Numbered from the whole stretch's first letter, positions 12,235 through 24,305 are shown. The stretch: 63,414 nucleotides of DNA, filler included, from Reclinomonas americana ATCC 50394 (GCA_048213135.1; 15 parts of 15 records of this genome joined end to end with filler, not necessarily neighbours in it); one strand, 5' to 3'. Notes: generated by a model from the letters alone, not told the origin. Program-made: numbers and translations.

Positions 12235-12860
12235 CAGAGTCTGCATTTTGACAAGCTCCGCTCCCATTTCTCAATCAGTGTCTCTTTCCATCTCTCTTTC
12301 TCTTTGTATGCTCGTGCGTGCACGTGACTATTACTCTGATCGAGTGTGTGCGAAGAGCTTCACAGGAGTCTCTCCATCTCTCACAGTCTGCATTTTGACA
12401 GCTCCGCAGTTGTCTCTCTCATCACATCCCTCCTCCCACCCTCTCTCTCCCTCCTCTCTCTCTCCCTCTCACTCGCTCACTCACTCACTCTCACTCTCAC
12501 TGTGCGGAGTCTGCATTCTGACAAGCTCCGCTCTTATCTCAATCAGTGTCTCTTTCCATCTCTCTTTCTCTTTGCATGCTTGTGCGCGCGCGTGACTATT
12601 ACTCTGATCGAGTGTGTGAAGAGCTTCACAGAGTCTCTTCATCTCTCACTCTCACTCTCACTGTGCGGAGTCTGCATTCTGACAAGCTCCGCTCTTATCT
12701 CAATCAGTGTCTCTTTCCATCTCTCTTTCTCTTTGCATGCTCGTTCGTGCACGTGACTATTACTCTGATCGGGTGCGCGAAGAGCTTCACAAGAGTCTCT
12801 TCATCTCTCACTCTCACTCTCACTCTGCAGAGTCTGCATTTTGACAAACTCCGCTGTTGT
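12235..12860. repeat. Imperfect ~150-160-bp tandem repeats, probably within an XPD intron
   Basis: gagtctgcatt(t/c)tgacaagctccgctc...aatcagtgtctctttccatctctc...gtgactattactctgatc recurs at ~12237, ~12507 and ~12668, with partial copies at ~12386 and ~12830. Confidence 0.8.
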
Positions 12861-13419
12861 CTCTCTCGTCACATCCCTCCCTCTCTCACACACTCTCTCT
12901 CTCTCTCTCTCTCTCNNNNNNNNNNNNNNNNNNNNNNNNNNNNNNNNNNNNNNNNNNNNTTAATTAATTAANNNNNNNNNNNNNNNNNNNNNNNNNNNNN
13001 NNNNNNNNNNNNNNNATGGTGTGTGAGAGAAGAGTCTAATCAGTTCAATCATTCACTTGTCTCCCTCACTCACACACTCACAAGAGAGAGAGAGAGAGAG
13101 AGAGAACAGTGTGAGAGGAGACTCCTTGCTCTCTTCTCACTCAATCACTCACCACACTGTTCTTCTCTCTCATACTCACTGTCTCTGTGCCTTCCTCATT
13201 CTCCCCACCTCCCTCCTTACTTCCGTTCTCTCTCTCTCTCTCTCTTTCTCTCTCAGAGAGAGATAGCAGCTGGGAAGGGAGGCTCCTTGCTCTCTTCTCT
13301 CTCAATCGCTCTCACTGTTGTCTCTCCCCACTCACTCTCTCTCGCTCACACACAGACTCGCTCTCGCAGTCTCATTCTCCAATCCTCCTTGGTTCCTGCC
13401 TTCCTTTCTTTACCGTTCA

Positions 13420-13451
<32 letters not shown>

Positions 13452-13634
13452 GCCGCTCTGTCTCCCCACGTTCTCCTTCCTATTCCTCTCCCTCCTCTCT
13501 CGTCTTTCCCCTCCCCCATTCCCCTCCTTCCCCTTCCCCTATTTCCCCTTCTCCTCACCCTCCCCTCCTTCCCTTTCTCCCTTCTCCTCACCCTCCCTTC
13601 CCTCTTTCCCTTCCCCTCACCCTCCCCTCCACAG

Positions 13635-14066
13635 CGCCTTTCCATCTCGAGCCCCACCCTCACCTCCCTCTCCCCCACCACCGAACCACACCACCACCTC
13701 CGTGAATCCGCCGGCCTCCCCCCTGGCGACTCGGGCGAATTCATCATTGAATGCACCACCGCTCTCGAAGCACAACCATCACCACCACCACCACCCGCCT
13801 CCCTCCCCAGCAAGCGCTGCGGGTGGATGATTAGCGACGACGGGCGACAGCTGCAATGGGACCCACAAGTCGAGTCGTTCTACAAGCATCGCGACTGGCT
13901 CGAGTACCTGACAACGCATCTCTTTCCGCTGCTGGGCGGTGTGCGTCTGGTGGCGGGTCGCGTCCACTGGCAGGGCGACTCGTGGCGTGATTTCGGCGTG
14001 CACACGCCGGAGTCGTTTGGTGCGCCGCACGACGAGGAGGGTGAGGAGGCGCATCGGCGCCCTCCG
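13635..14066 (+). CDS. Exon of a protein resembling a conserved phage/bacterial hypothetical family (partial; runs into gap)
   Basis: Follows a polypyrimidine ...ccacag acceptor and encodes GLPPGDSGEFII...PSKRCGWMISDDGRQLQWDPQVESFYKHRDWLEYLTTHLFP...VAGRVHWQGDSWRDFG. Confidence 0.65.
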
Positions 14067-14869
14067 NNNNNNNNNNNNNNNNNNNNNNNNNNNNNNNNNN
14101 NNNNNNNNNNTTAATTAATTAANNNNNNNNNNNNNNNNNNNNNNNNNNNNNNNNNNNNNNNNNNNNCTTCGTAGTGTATGGAGGCGATGAAGGAAAAGAT
14201 GGCAAGAGGTTCTTTTCCCTTTCTTTGCGTGGAGAAGGAGAGAAGAAGGAGAGCGGCTCGTACTCTATTTAACCTCATCTTGCTCCTCCTCCTCGGTTGG
14301 ACAACTGGGAAGCAGAAGAAAAGAGAAATAGACGGCACGCAGTTCTCTCCACTCTCTCCGTCTCTTTATCTGATCGCCTTTCTTGTGACAGGAGAGAGAA
14401 GCCGTTGATTACTTTTCGTCCAAAGCATGAGAAGAGACAGATGGCTTGCGGCCCACCTCCTCATCTTCCTTTCTCGTCTTTCTTCAGCAAGATTAGAGGA
14501 GGAAGAGGGGTGTCTTTGTCATTTCTAGACCTTCACCTCCTCAGTTAGAACGCGAAGCGATGAGAAGGATTTGACTCTTCCTCCTCCTCCTCTATTGAAA
14601 AACTGGGAAGCAAGAAGAAAGTGATTCCTCTCCTCTCCTCCGTTGATTGTTGGAAGAAGACAACAAGACGAAGGAGACTGTGAACAGATCGTTTCTTTTC
14701 TCACTTTCCGCTCTCTCCAACAATTGTTGGAACGACGGGGGAAACAAGTCGGCACCTCATTTCTCTCTTCTCTCCCCTTATTCATTCTTCACTTCTATTC
14801 TGCTCTTCTCTTCCGTCCATCTCCTTCATTCTATTCGACTCTTCTCTTCTGTCCATCTCCCTCTGTTTT

Positions 14870-15490
14870 CTTTGTCTCCCCCTCCTTCTTCCTCTTCTCT
14901 TCTGTCCATCTCACTCTATATTTCTTGTCTCCTCCTTCTTCTCTCTCCTCTTCTCTTCTCCCAATCTGTGATTCTTGTCTCCTCCTCCCTCTTCTTCTTT
15001 CTCTTCTTGTCTTCTCTACTATCCATCTCAGTCTGTCTTTCTTTGTTTCCTCTGTCTTCTCCCTCTTCTTCCCTTCACTTCTGTCCATCTCAATTTGTCT
15101 TTCTTTGTCTCCTCCTTCTTCTTCTCTCTCTTCTTCTCTTCTCTCCTGTCCATAGTGTCTCCTCCTATTTTCTCTCTTCTTCTATTCTCCTCCCTGTGTT
15201 TTTCGTCTCCTCCTCCTCCTTCTTCTCTCTCTTCTTCTCCTCTCTCAATCTGTGGTTCTTGTCTCCTCCTCCCTCTTCTTCTTTCTTTTCTTGTCTTCTC
15301 TACTATCCATCTCAATCTGTCTTTCTTTGTCTCCTCCTTCTTCTTCTCTCTCTTCTTCTCTTCTCTCCTGTCCATAGTGTCTCCTCCTATTTTCTCTCTT
15401 CTTCTCTTCTCCTCCCTGTATTTCTCGTCTCATCCTCCTTCTTCTCTCTCTTCTTCTCTTCTCTCAATTTGTGGTTCTTATCTCCTGCTT
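14870..15490. repeat. CT-rich imperfect tandem duplications (intergenic or intronic)
   Basis: Repeated blocks such as ctgtccatagtgtctcctcctattttctctcttctt (~15147, ~15368) and cttgtcttctctactatccatctca (~15006, ~15290). Confidence 0.7.
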
Positions 15491-15647
15491 CTTCCTCTCC
15501 TTCTCTTCTCCCCCTCCTCTCCCCTATCCCTCTCCCTCCCCTTCTCCTTCTCGCCCTCCCGTTTCCCCTCTGCACCCCTTTCCCTTTTCTTCCCCCTTCC
15601 CCTTTTCTTCCCCTTTTAACCCCTTCCCTATTCTTCTTCCCTTCCCT

Positions 15648-17861
15648 TTATTTGATCAACAACACCCCCCTCAACACCCTCCACGCCAACACCCTCGCCT
15701 CCTCCGCCACAAAACACCGCAACACCTGCAACGGCAGCGGCTCCCCATCCTCCTCCTCCTCCTTCCCCCTTTCCTTGCACAACATCCTCACAAACGAAAT
15801 CGCCGCCTCCACCTCGTCGACCTCCCGCGCGGCCACATTCACCCGCGCGACGTAGAGCCGGCAATTGTTGACGAGCACCACCGCGGCACCATCGCTGCGC
15901 CACTCGAAGCACAGTCGGCCGTTGAGCTGCTTCGGTATGAAGAAGCGGTCACCGATGTGCACCAGGCGCCAATGCCGGCACACCTCCCGGTAGCGGTGAT
16001 GCTGGAGGACGAGCGAGTCATAACAACCGTGCAACCCGAGAGCCAGGTGCTGGCCCACGAACTTGGTCACCCGCAGCGTACTCAGCTGGTTGCGCAAGTC
16101 GCGCTCGACTGTCAGATCGTCGGCTCGCAGAGTGTACGACTCGTGTACGTCGCACGCCGCGTGCACCAGTCCGTCGATATCGCGCGCGACGTGTAGCACG
16201 AAGCGGCGGGAGTCGCCGTGCAGATCGAATCGCCGCACGCGATCGCCGCCCACCTCGACCGACACCAGCTGCTGCCGCGGCTGGTCGGCAAGTCCCACCA
16301 CGTACTCGCGATCCGCCTCGCGAACCAGCACCGCCATTCGTGTGTCGCGCGGCAGGCGACCCGCCAGTTGCACACCGTTGCGCATCAGCGTGCCGTCAAA
16401 GGAGAGCGTGGTCAGCACGAGACCGTCGGCAGGCGACGGCCACATGGCGGACACTCCGCCCACCCAAATCGTGGTGAGGCGGTCGCCAGTCGTCCACGAG
16501 TAGCCGAGTACGCACGTGCGGGTGGCGACGTAGAGCGGACTGTGTGCGGCCTCGCCAGAGGCCAACTCACGCACCTCCATGTCATCCGCCGGCAGCGCAA
16601 GCTCCCGCAGCAGCCTGCCCGAGTACAGGCAACGAGTGTGGACAGTGCTCGCATAGCGCGGTCGATCCGGAGACGAACGCACATCCAACGCCACCGCCAT
16701 GCGCGTACGACACCCAGAGATCACCGCAAAAGTGACCGTGTAGGCGGTGGGGTCATGGTCGTCCAGCGGGATGCAGGAGGAGCCGAGCCATCGAACCACC
16801 TCCAAGCTACTGTCCATGGTTAACGTTCCGCGACAACCGGCACTGCCACGGCCGAGCATGCCGCACCCGTAGGCGGCCACCCAGCACACACCACTCTCGT
16901 CATTCCAATACGCCTCTCCAAACGGCGTCTCAACCACCGTCGGCGCCCCTCCCTCCTCCTCCTCCTCCGTGCTCGTCATCACCAACCGCTTCCCCTCGGC
17001 CACATACATCAACAGCCGCCCGTCGCCCGACAGCGCCACGCGATTGAGACCGAACCGGAAGACCGAGTAGCCGCCCGTGTCAAACTCACGCAGGCGCCGA
17101 CTGCACGCCCCATCATAGACACACACCGTGCTCCGCAACAGACACACCACCGTCGTTCCATTGCCACTCACAGCAATACACTCCGCCTGCGCACGCTGCT
17201 CCGGCTGCCGATGCCGCGCCGCCAACACCGGCAACACCAACACGCGAAACTGCGTGTCGCACAGCACAATGTGCGAGTCACTGACACACAGCTGCTCAAT
17301 ACGACTCGCCGCTGCACCTGCAATAGGCCGAAGCACCCACGTGTACTCATCCACGGGCGTGTCACGATACGGCAGCACAGTCCACACCTGCTCGTCACTG
17401 GCAAACACCAGCATATCCCCGTCCACTGAAGGCGACAAGTGACGAATTCCTCCTCGCGTTTTCTTGTCCACGCCCGTACGCGTGCTGCTGTTTGTTGTAA
17501 TGTAGTCATAGTGGCGACCACCCACTGGCAACGCGCCCGATCGCGTGCTCTCCGCGGTCTCTGTGACCCACACATAGGCGACTCCGTACTCGTCGCACAC
17601 AACCGTGGCCACATAGTCGCGTGTGACACACATGGCGCGGACATCGTCGACGGCGTAGTCGCGCAGGACAGGGAAGTGGTCGACGCGCTCGGTGGTGCGG
17701 CCGTCGAGCAGCGTGACGTTCACTGTGTGCTCGTCGTCGTCGTCCTCGTAGGCTTGATCGTGGGCGTCGTCGTCGCTGTGTGAGAGGAAGGCGATGAGGG
17801 TGCCGTCGCGGGAGACGCAGTAGGCGTCGCGCCAGCAGTGGAACTTGCCGAGGAGCTCCAT
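15648..17861 (-). CDS. Intronless 737-aa divergent WD40/YVTN-like beta-propeller protein
   Basis: Long GC-rich ORF from ATG to TAA with recurrent blade-turn motifs (VSRDGTLIAF, SPSVDGDMLVF, AVSGNGTTVV, ALSGDGRLLM, EWRSDGAAVV) and a short helical C-terminus. Confidence 0.7.
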   Translation of the reverse strand: MELLGKFHCWRDAYCVSRDGTLIAFLSHSDDDAHDQAYEDDDDEHTVNVTLLDGRTTERVDHFPVLRDYAVDDVRAMCVTRDYVATVVCDEYGVAYVWVTETAESTRSGALPVGGRHYDYITTNSSTRTGVDKKTRGGIRHLSPSVDGDMLVFASDEQVWTVLPYRDTPVDEYTWVLRPIAGAAASRIEQLCVSDSHIVLCDTQFRVLVLPVLAARHRQPEQRAQAECIAVSGNGTTVVCLLRSTVCVYDGACSRRLREFDTGGYSVFRFGLNRVALSGDGRLLMYVAEGKRLVMTSTEEEEEGGAPTVVETPFGEAYWNDESGVCWVAAYGCGMLGRGSAGCRGTLTMDSSLEVVRWLGSSCIPLDDHDPTAYTVTFAVISGCRTRMAVALDVRSSPDRPRYASTVHTRCLYSGRLLRELALPADDMEVRELASGEAAHSPLYVATRTCVLGYSWTTGDRLTTIWVGGVSAMWPSPADGLVLTTLSFDGTLMRNGVQLAGRLPRDTRMAVLVREADREYVVGLADQPRQQLVSVEVGGDRVRRFDLHGDSRRFVLHVARDIDGLVHAACDVHESYTLRADDLTVERDLRNQLSTLRVTKFVGQHLALGLHGCYDSLVLQHHRYREVCRHWRLVHIGDRFFIPKQLNGRLCFEWRSDGAAVVLVNNCRLYVARVNVAAREVDEVEAAISFVRMLCKERGKEEEEDGEPLPLQVLRCFVAEEARVLAWRVLRGVLLIK

Positions 17862-18340
17862 GGTGAAAGGGAGAAGGAAAGGGAGAAGGAATGGGAGAAG
17901 GAGTGCGCGCGCGCGTGTGTGTGTCGAGTTGCAAATCGATCTTGTCGGGACAACGTGACAAGTTTTGTCATGAACAACAAAACACTTCGTTCACCACCAG
18001 TAATGCGACAAATGTCCTGTTAGACATTAGGCAGTGCTGCAGCTGGTGCATGGGTTGATGACTGCGTTCTGGATCTGTCGGCGCGGGCCCGGGATTTGTG
18101 CGCTGCGTGAATTCGAAGTGTTTTAAATTGTTGCAATTGTTTCGAATTCCGGATCCTTGCAATTGATCATGATACCTAACAAACGCCCTTCTTTCACCCC
18201 CAACTCCGCAACCACCTGCATTACAACTCGCCGCACTTGAAAGCCGCAATCATCAAACACCACCAAACAAAAGCGAGGTGACAATCGTGCTCGCACTCAG
18301 ATATCTGCGCGCTGTTTGTCTCTCACAAATAACACTCACA

Positions 18341-21300
18341 ATGAGAAGAAGTCGGTGTTTTTGTGGTGTTTTTGTTGTTCTTTGTGGAGTGTGGCTATTA
18401 GTGTTGCTGAGTGTGGCGAGTGCGAGTGAGTCGGGCGCGGAAGGTGTTGTGTGTGTGTGTGAGTGTGTAAGTGAGTGAGANNNNNNNNNNNNNNNNNNNN
18501 NNNNNNNNNNNNNNNNNNNNNNNNTTAATTAATTAANNNNNNNNNNNNNNNNNNNNNNNNNNNNNNNNNNNNNNNNNNNNGAGAGAGAGAGAGAGAGAGA
18601 GAGACTCTAAAGACTGGCTAGATTTGTATCCGAGTGTCTCAGGAGCGCAGTTCTTGTGCATTGCTCTCACAGCACTCACTCTTCTCTCCCTCTCTCCGCC
18701 CCACAGAACCTCCCTGTCGGCTTCCGTCGCTCGTTCGATCCACTGCCGCCACCGCCACCATCGGTGGCCAACAGCAACGACGAGGCGGATGGGTATTGCT
18801 CCGAGAGCAATGAGTGTGGGCAGGGATTGTGCAGTGGTGGAGTGTGTGTGTGGTGAGTGCGCGGAAGGGAAAGGGGGAGGAAGGGGAAAAGGAGAAGGGA
18901 GGGAGAAGGGAGGGAGAAGGGAGGGAGAAGGGAGGGAGAGGGAAAGGGAGAGGGAAGCAAGAAAGGGAGGAGTTTGGTGGTGAGAGACCGAGCGAGAACA
19001 TAGGAGGCGAAAGCATGAGTGACACTGAGCATGCTGAGCAGTTTGTCAGTGAGTGCAGGGTGTTGCAGTGATTGGGAAGCGAAGACGTGCGAAAAGATAA
19101 GCGTGAAACAGCGGGTGAGCTTTTCATCCCGTTGTGCGCGAGTAATGGTGTGTGCACAGAGAGAGAGAGAGGAAGAGAGAGAGATGGATGAAAGAGAGAG
19201 GGGGTGGGGAGAGGGAAGCAAAGAAAGGAGAGAGAATTGGCACTGAAGGCGTTGGCCCGTGTGAGATCGACTGCGAACCCACACTGAGCTTGCTGAGCAG
19301 CTTGTCAGTGAGTGCAGTGGCAGTGACTAGACGCGTGGTCGTAAGAAAGCTGAGCATGGTTCAGCGATTAAGCTTGTCAGCCAGTTGTGTGCGAGAGATT
19401 TCTGTGTGCACAGGGAGAGAGCGTGTGTGTGCAAGAGAGAGAGAGAAAGAAGAGAAAGAGAGAGACTGAGAGACATAGGGGCTCAGAGACTGAGAGACTG
19501 AGTGAGAGAGAGAGAGAGCGATAATGAGATATATTATTTAGTGAGAGATAAGAGAGTGAGAGTGTGTGTAAGAGTGCGACTGAGAAGAATTCTGAGAGCT
19601 CTTCAACTTGCTGGTTCGCGTGGGGGTGAGCACTGCAGGTTTGTGAGTTGATGAGGCATCGGAGAGTGTGTGGGAAGAATGAAGAGAGAGTGAGCGTGAG
19701 CATTATCTCTCGTTATTCTTATTGTGTGTCGCGCAGCATGGCTGGATTCGCCGGTCGTCGGTGTCAGTGTGCGCAGGATCGCTGGTGAGTTCCCACGTCT
19801 CGCTTCCTCCACTTATGCTCGTAATTGACTGTCGCCTGCAGTGCGCCGAATGGTCGGTGCGACCCGAATGCGTCGGATGGTCGCTGCATCTGCAGCAAGG
19901 GATGGACGGGTCGTGACTGCTCGTGCCGCAAGGATTCCGATTGGTGAGAGGAATGGGGGGAAGGGGGCAAGGGGGGAAAAGGGGTAAAAGAGGGAGAGTT
20001 GTGTGGAGGGGCAACTGAAAGTGTGAGAGTGTGAGAGACTTTGCGATGAGATGAACGCCGACGCAGTGACTGAGAGGATGAGCGATGCATGCGAGTGAGC
20101 AATAGCGAGGCTGCATGCAGCGGTTCATTTTTTGCGAGGGAGAGAGAGAAAAGAGAGAAAGGAGAGAAAAGAGAACGAGAAAGTAAGAAAAAGAGAGTGA
20201 GGGAAAGAAGGGAAGGATAAAGTGAGAGAAAGAGTGGGGAGAAGAGGGAGAAAGCAAGAGCACAAATTGCTCGTTCCCTCTCTCTTTCTTCACGTTCTCT
20301 CTTTCTCACACACAGTCACCTTCTCAATTCTCCTCTCGTTGTCAGTTTCTGTCTCTTCGCGCGCGCGCTCTCTCTCTCTCTTCTCTCTCTCCCCCCTTCT
20401 ACTGTGAGGATCAGAGTCACCCGCAGAGCAATTTTCAGGAGTTGATGATCGCCGTGCGAGTTTGAGTGTGAGGGCCATGTAGAGTGTCGTTGAGCAGCTG
20501 AGTGTTGTTCGAAAGAAGTGATGCACTTTCTCTGACTTGTACCTGGCAGTGGTGTGAAGCAGAACCGCGGCGTGTGCTCGGACGTCGGCATTGACGGCGA
20601 GTGCTTGTGCCGACCTGGATTTACTGGCCCAGGATGGTGCGTTTCTGTTATGAGACGTCGACTGACGGCTGTATCTCACTTCTTTCTCTCTTCCTTCTTA
20701 TATCCGACAGCCTGTGCAACTTGTCCACCTGGTGAGTAACAAGAAAGAGTTCCGTCATACGTCACTTTTCTCTCATTGTCCCCCAGTGGTGTGCACGGCA
20801 CGTGCGACATGAACACCGGTGCCTGCATCTGGTGCGCCATTTCATCCGTGCAAGACCTCTCCTACGCATTTCTCCTCACCCACGTGCCTTGCAGTCACCC
20901 GGGCTACGCCGGCAACGACTGCAGCAAGCTGTCTTGCGATCCGCAGAACCCGCTCTCTTGGTTCGTTTTCCCCTCCCATCTCCACACCGTAACATCACGC
21001 TCACAACGCGNNNNNNNNNNNNNNNNNNNNNNNNNNNNNNNNNNNNNNNNNNNNTTAATTAATTAANNNNNNNNNNNNNNNNNNNNNNNNNNNNNNNNNN
21101 NNNNNNNNNNCCATCGCACGCGCTCACCGCTGTCGTCTGTAGGGTGATTTCGGGCGTGTGCGACGATGTCGATGGCTCCTGCCTGTGTTTCCCGCCCTTC
21201 ACCGGCAAGGACTGCGCGTGTCATGCGTTCCGCGACTGGTGCAGTGACTCTTGTCGCGCGAGAGAATCGTGCACTTGGTGCTCACTGCATCTCCACGCGC

Positions 21301-23224
21301 AGTGGTTATCCGAAACGCGGCACGTGTGATCGACGTGGTTCGGGCGCGGCGTGCATCTGCAATCCGGGGTTTGGTGGTCCCAATTGCTCGCAGACGAGTT
21401 TGGATTCATGGTGCGGGGGGTGCGAAGGGAAAGGGGAAGGGGGGAAAGGGGGAAGAGGGGGAAGGGGGGAAGGAGGATCAGGGAAAGTGGGAAGAGGGAG
21501 AGTGGGGAAAGGGGAAGAGGTGAAGAGGGGAGTGGAGAGAAAGGGAGAAGAGGGGAGGAGTGGAAAGGGGAAGGGGATGAGAAAGACAGGGGAGGGGAAA
21601 GTGGGACGAGAGGGAAAGGGGAAGATCGGCGAGGAGAGTGAATGGAGCAGAGCGACGGGGAGAGAGGGAGCAGAGGAAGAGCGAAAAAACAAGAGGGAAA
21701 GAAGAAGAGAGAATTGGGGGGATTGAGAAAGGGGAAAGAAGAAGGGAAAAGGAGGAGAGGGAAACGGGGAAGGGGGGAAGGGGGGAAGAGGTAATGGAGG
21801 AAGAGGGAAAAGGAGTTAGAGAAGGAGGGAAAGAGGGAAAAAGGAAGAGCGAAAAGGAAGAGAGAAAGGGAGTGAGAGAAAGGTCCGAATGTGTGTGGGA
21901 GAGAGTGGCAAGAAGCTAAAGAGCGACGTCAAGTACATGCAGGAAGCGAGTCAGTTGAGTCTGTTGCAGCGTTTGGTTGCGGCTTGATATGCGCATGCTG
22001 TTGGTGAAGTGTTGATGGAGGAGTAAGAAAGAGAGTTTGCGACAGTGAGTAGGGAACAACGAGGGAGCCAAGTTCGATCGAATTACAACATCAGAGAGAT
22101 GGGATGGAGAGTGAGGTCTTCAATAATCTAATTCTCGTTCCCCTCCCTTTCTCCTCTTCTCACTCTTGTTCGCTCCACCATCGCGTCTCATTGCATGTAT
22201 ATTCTTTTTTTATCTCTCCGCCCCTCTCTCTCCCTCTCTCTTTCCTCCTCTCTCTCTATTTCCTCCTTTCTCTCTCTCTCTCTATTTCCTTCTCTCTCAC
22301 TTTCTTTCTCTCTCATTCTTTCTCTTTCTCTTTCTCTCACACTTTCTCTCACTCTTCTCTCGCCCACCTTTTCTCCCTTTCTCACCCTTCTCCTTTTCCC
22401 TCCCTTTTCACCCCCCTCCCCACAGCTCTGGCCACGGCCGCATCTCCTCCACCGGCGGCTGCCAGTGCGACGACGGCTGGACCGGCGAGCACTGTGCCGA
22501 GGCACTGCCGTCGCCGCCACTGCCCGCGGGGTTGAATGGAGGAAAGCTGTGTGATCCGCAATCGTCGTGCTCCGGTCGCGGCGACTGCCGTCACGACGGC
22601 TCGTGCTGCTGCGTGCCGGGCTGGACGGGCAACGACTGCGGTCAGCCGACGTTGGACAACTGGTACTCCGTCCGTTAGTGGTGCTGATGAAGACGATGCA
22701 TGCTGACTCTGTTTGTCGCGCAGCTCGGGGCGTGGTGACGTGCTGCCGAACGGCGGTTGCAACTGCCGAGCACCGTGGGGAGGACCACGATGCGAGCAGT
22801 GCCAGTCGCCGGATGTGCGCAAGTGGTGCGTCGTGCCATATGTGCAGGTTTTCCATGTCTTTTCGATTATTCACCTCTGCTGTGCAGTGTCACCGCCGCG
22901 TGCCAAGAAGAATGCAGGATACCGGGGCGCCGACGCCTGTTCTGCTCCACTGCGCTCGTGTGCAACGGGCGTGTCACGTCTCCGGGACGAGGTGCGCTCG
23001 TGCACAGTTGTCTCCTTCTGATGACTTGACTCATTCCTCAGCAACGCGCAGCCGCCTGGCAACATCGCGCGCAGTGCGCCGTGCACTCGCGTCGTCACTG
23101 TGTGGACTCATGCAAAGAGCGGAAATGCGTGCAAGCGTGCGTGGCCGTGGCCTCGTTCCAGCCCGGTCTCGATGCGGTGATGTCGTCGAGTGCGTGTCCA
23201 CCAGACACGCTGTCCACGGAGTGA
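18341..23224 (+). CDS. Secreted EGF/tenascin-type repeat protein (multi-exon; spans two gaps; last two exons uncertain)
   Basis: Signal peptide MRRSRCFCGVFVVLCGVWLLVLLSVASA (18341-18443). EGF exons at 18707-18852, 19737-19784, 19842-19943, 20550-20636, 20711-20731, 20787-20831, 20895-20960, 21143-21238, 21303-21410, 22426-22662 and 22724-22825 carry CxCxxG(W/F/Y)xGxxC motifs. Confidence 0.85.
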
Positions 23225-24305
23225 GAGTAAAGAAGGAGTGATTTGTGTACCTCGGAAGGGGGGAAAGGGATGAGAAGGGAAGGGAGATAGGGAGGAGAGG
23301 GAGAGGGGAAGGGAGAGGGGAAGGGAGAGGGAAGGGAGAGGGGAAGGGAGAGGGAAGGGAGAGGGAAAGGAGAGAGGGAGAGGAAGGAGGAGAGAAGGGA
23401 AGGAAGGGCAAGGAAGGGCAGGGAAGTGAAAGGAAAGGAACGGAAGTGAAAGGAAAGGATAGGGAAGGGAGAGGGAAGGGAAGGGAGAGGGAAGGGAAGG
23501 AGAGGGAAGGAGAGGGAAGGGANNNNNNNNNNNNNNNNNNNNNNNNNNNNNNNNNNNNNNNNNNNNTTAATTAATTAANNNNNNNNNNNNNNNNNNNNNN
23601 NNNNNNNNNNNNNNNNNNNNNNGAGGGAAGGGAGAGGGAAGGGAGAGGGAAGGGAAGGGAAGGGAAGGGATGGGAAGGGAGGAGAGGGGGGAGAGGAGAG
23701 GAGAGGGGAGGCACAGGAAAGGAGGGAAAGACATACTTGTTGCAGATCAACAACTCGCTCTTGAAACTTGTCAGAAACTTTAATATGCATCGCCGTTTGA
23801 CCCACTGGCAAAGACGCTCATGTCTCTTCTCTGTGCTGCTGTATGCTTGCAGCGTCAGAAGCACTGGTTTAGATCATTCAGAGGGTCTATTGTTTGCATT
23901 CTGCGTTCAAAATCAGCCAGAAACAACAATTCATTCACCAACGAACAAGCCACAGCTGTCTTGATCATCAACACAAACGTCAGTCTTGAGAGAGCAGCAC
24001 GTTCTTTTGTGTTCGTGTTCCCTCTTGGAGATTTGAACAGGTCGAGAACTGCGATCTTCATCGCATAAGCATGGTTGCTGGTGCGTGAAGGACATTGTGC
24101 AGCTATGCTGCTGTGTAGATTTAGTACAAGCTGTTGTTGTTGTTGTTGTTTCTACCAGGTGATGATCAGCGCTAGCATGCAGCTGTGATGCTCTTGGGAA
24201 TGGCAAGTTGTTGCTGCTGTCTGCTCACCTCTTTAATCGCCCAAATATGCACAGTGATTCATTGCGTCGTGGATAGCCACACGATCTCCTTCCCCCTCTT
24301 CGCGC

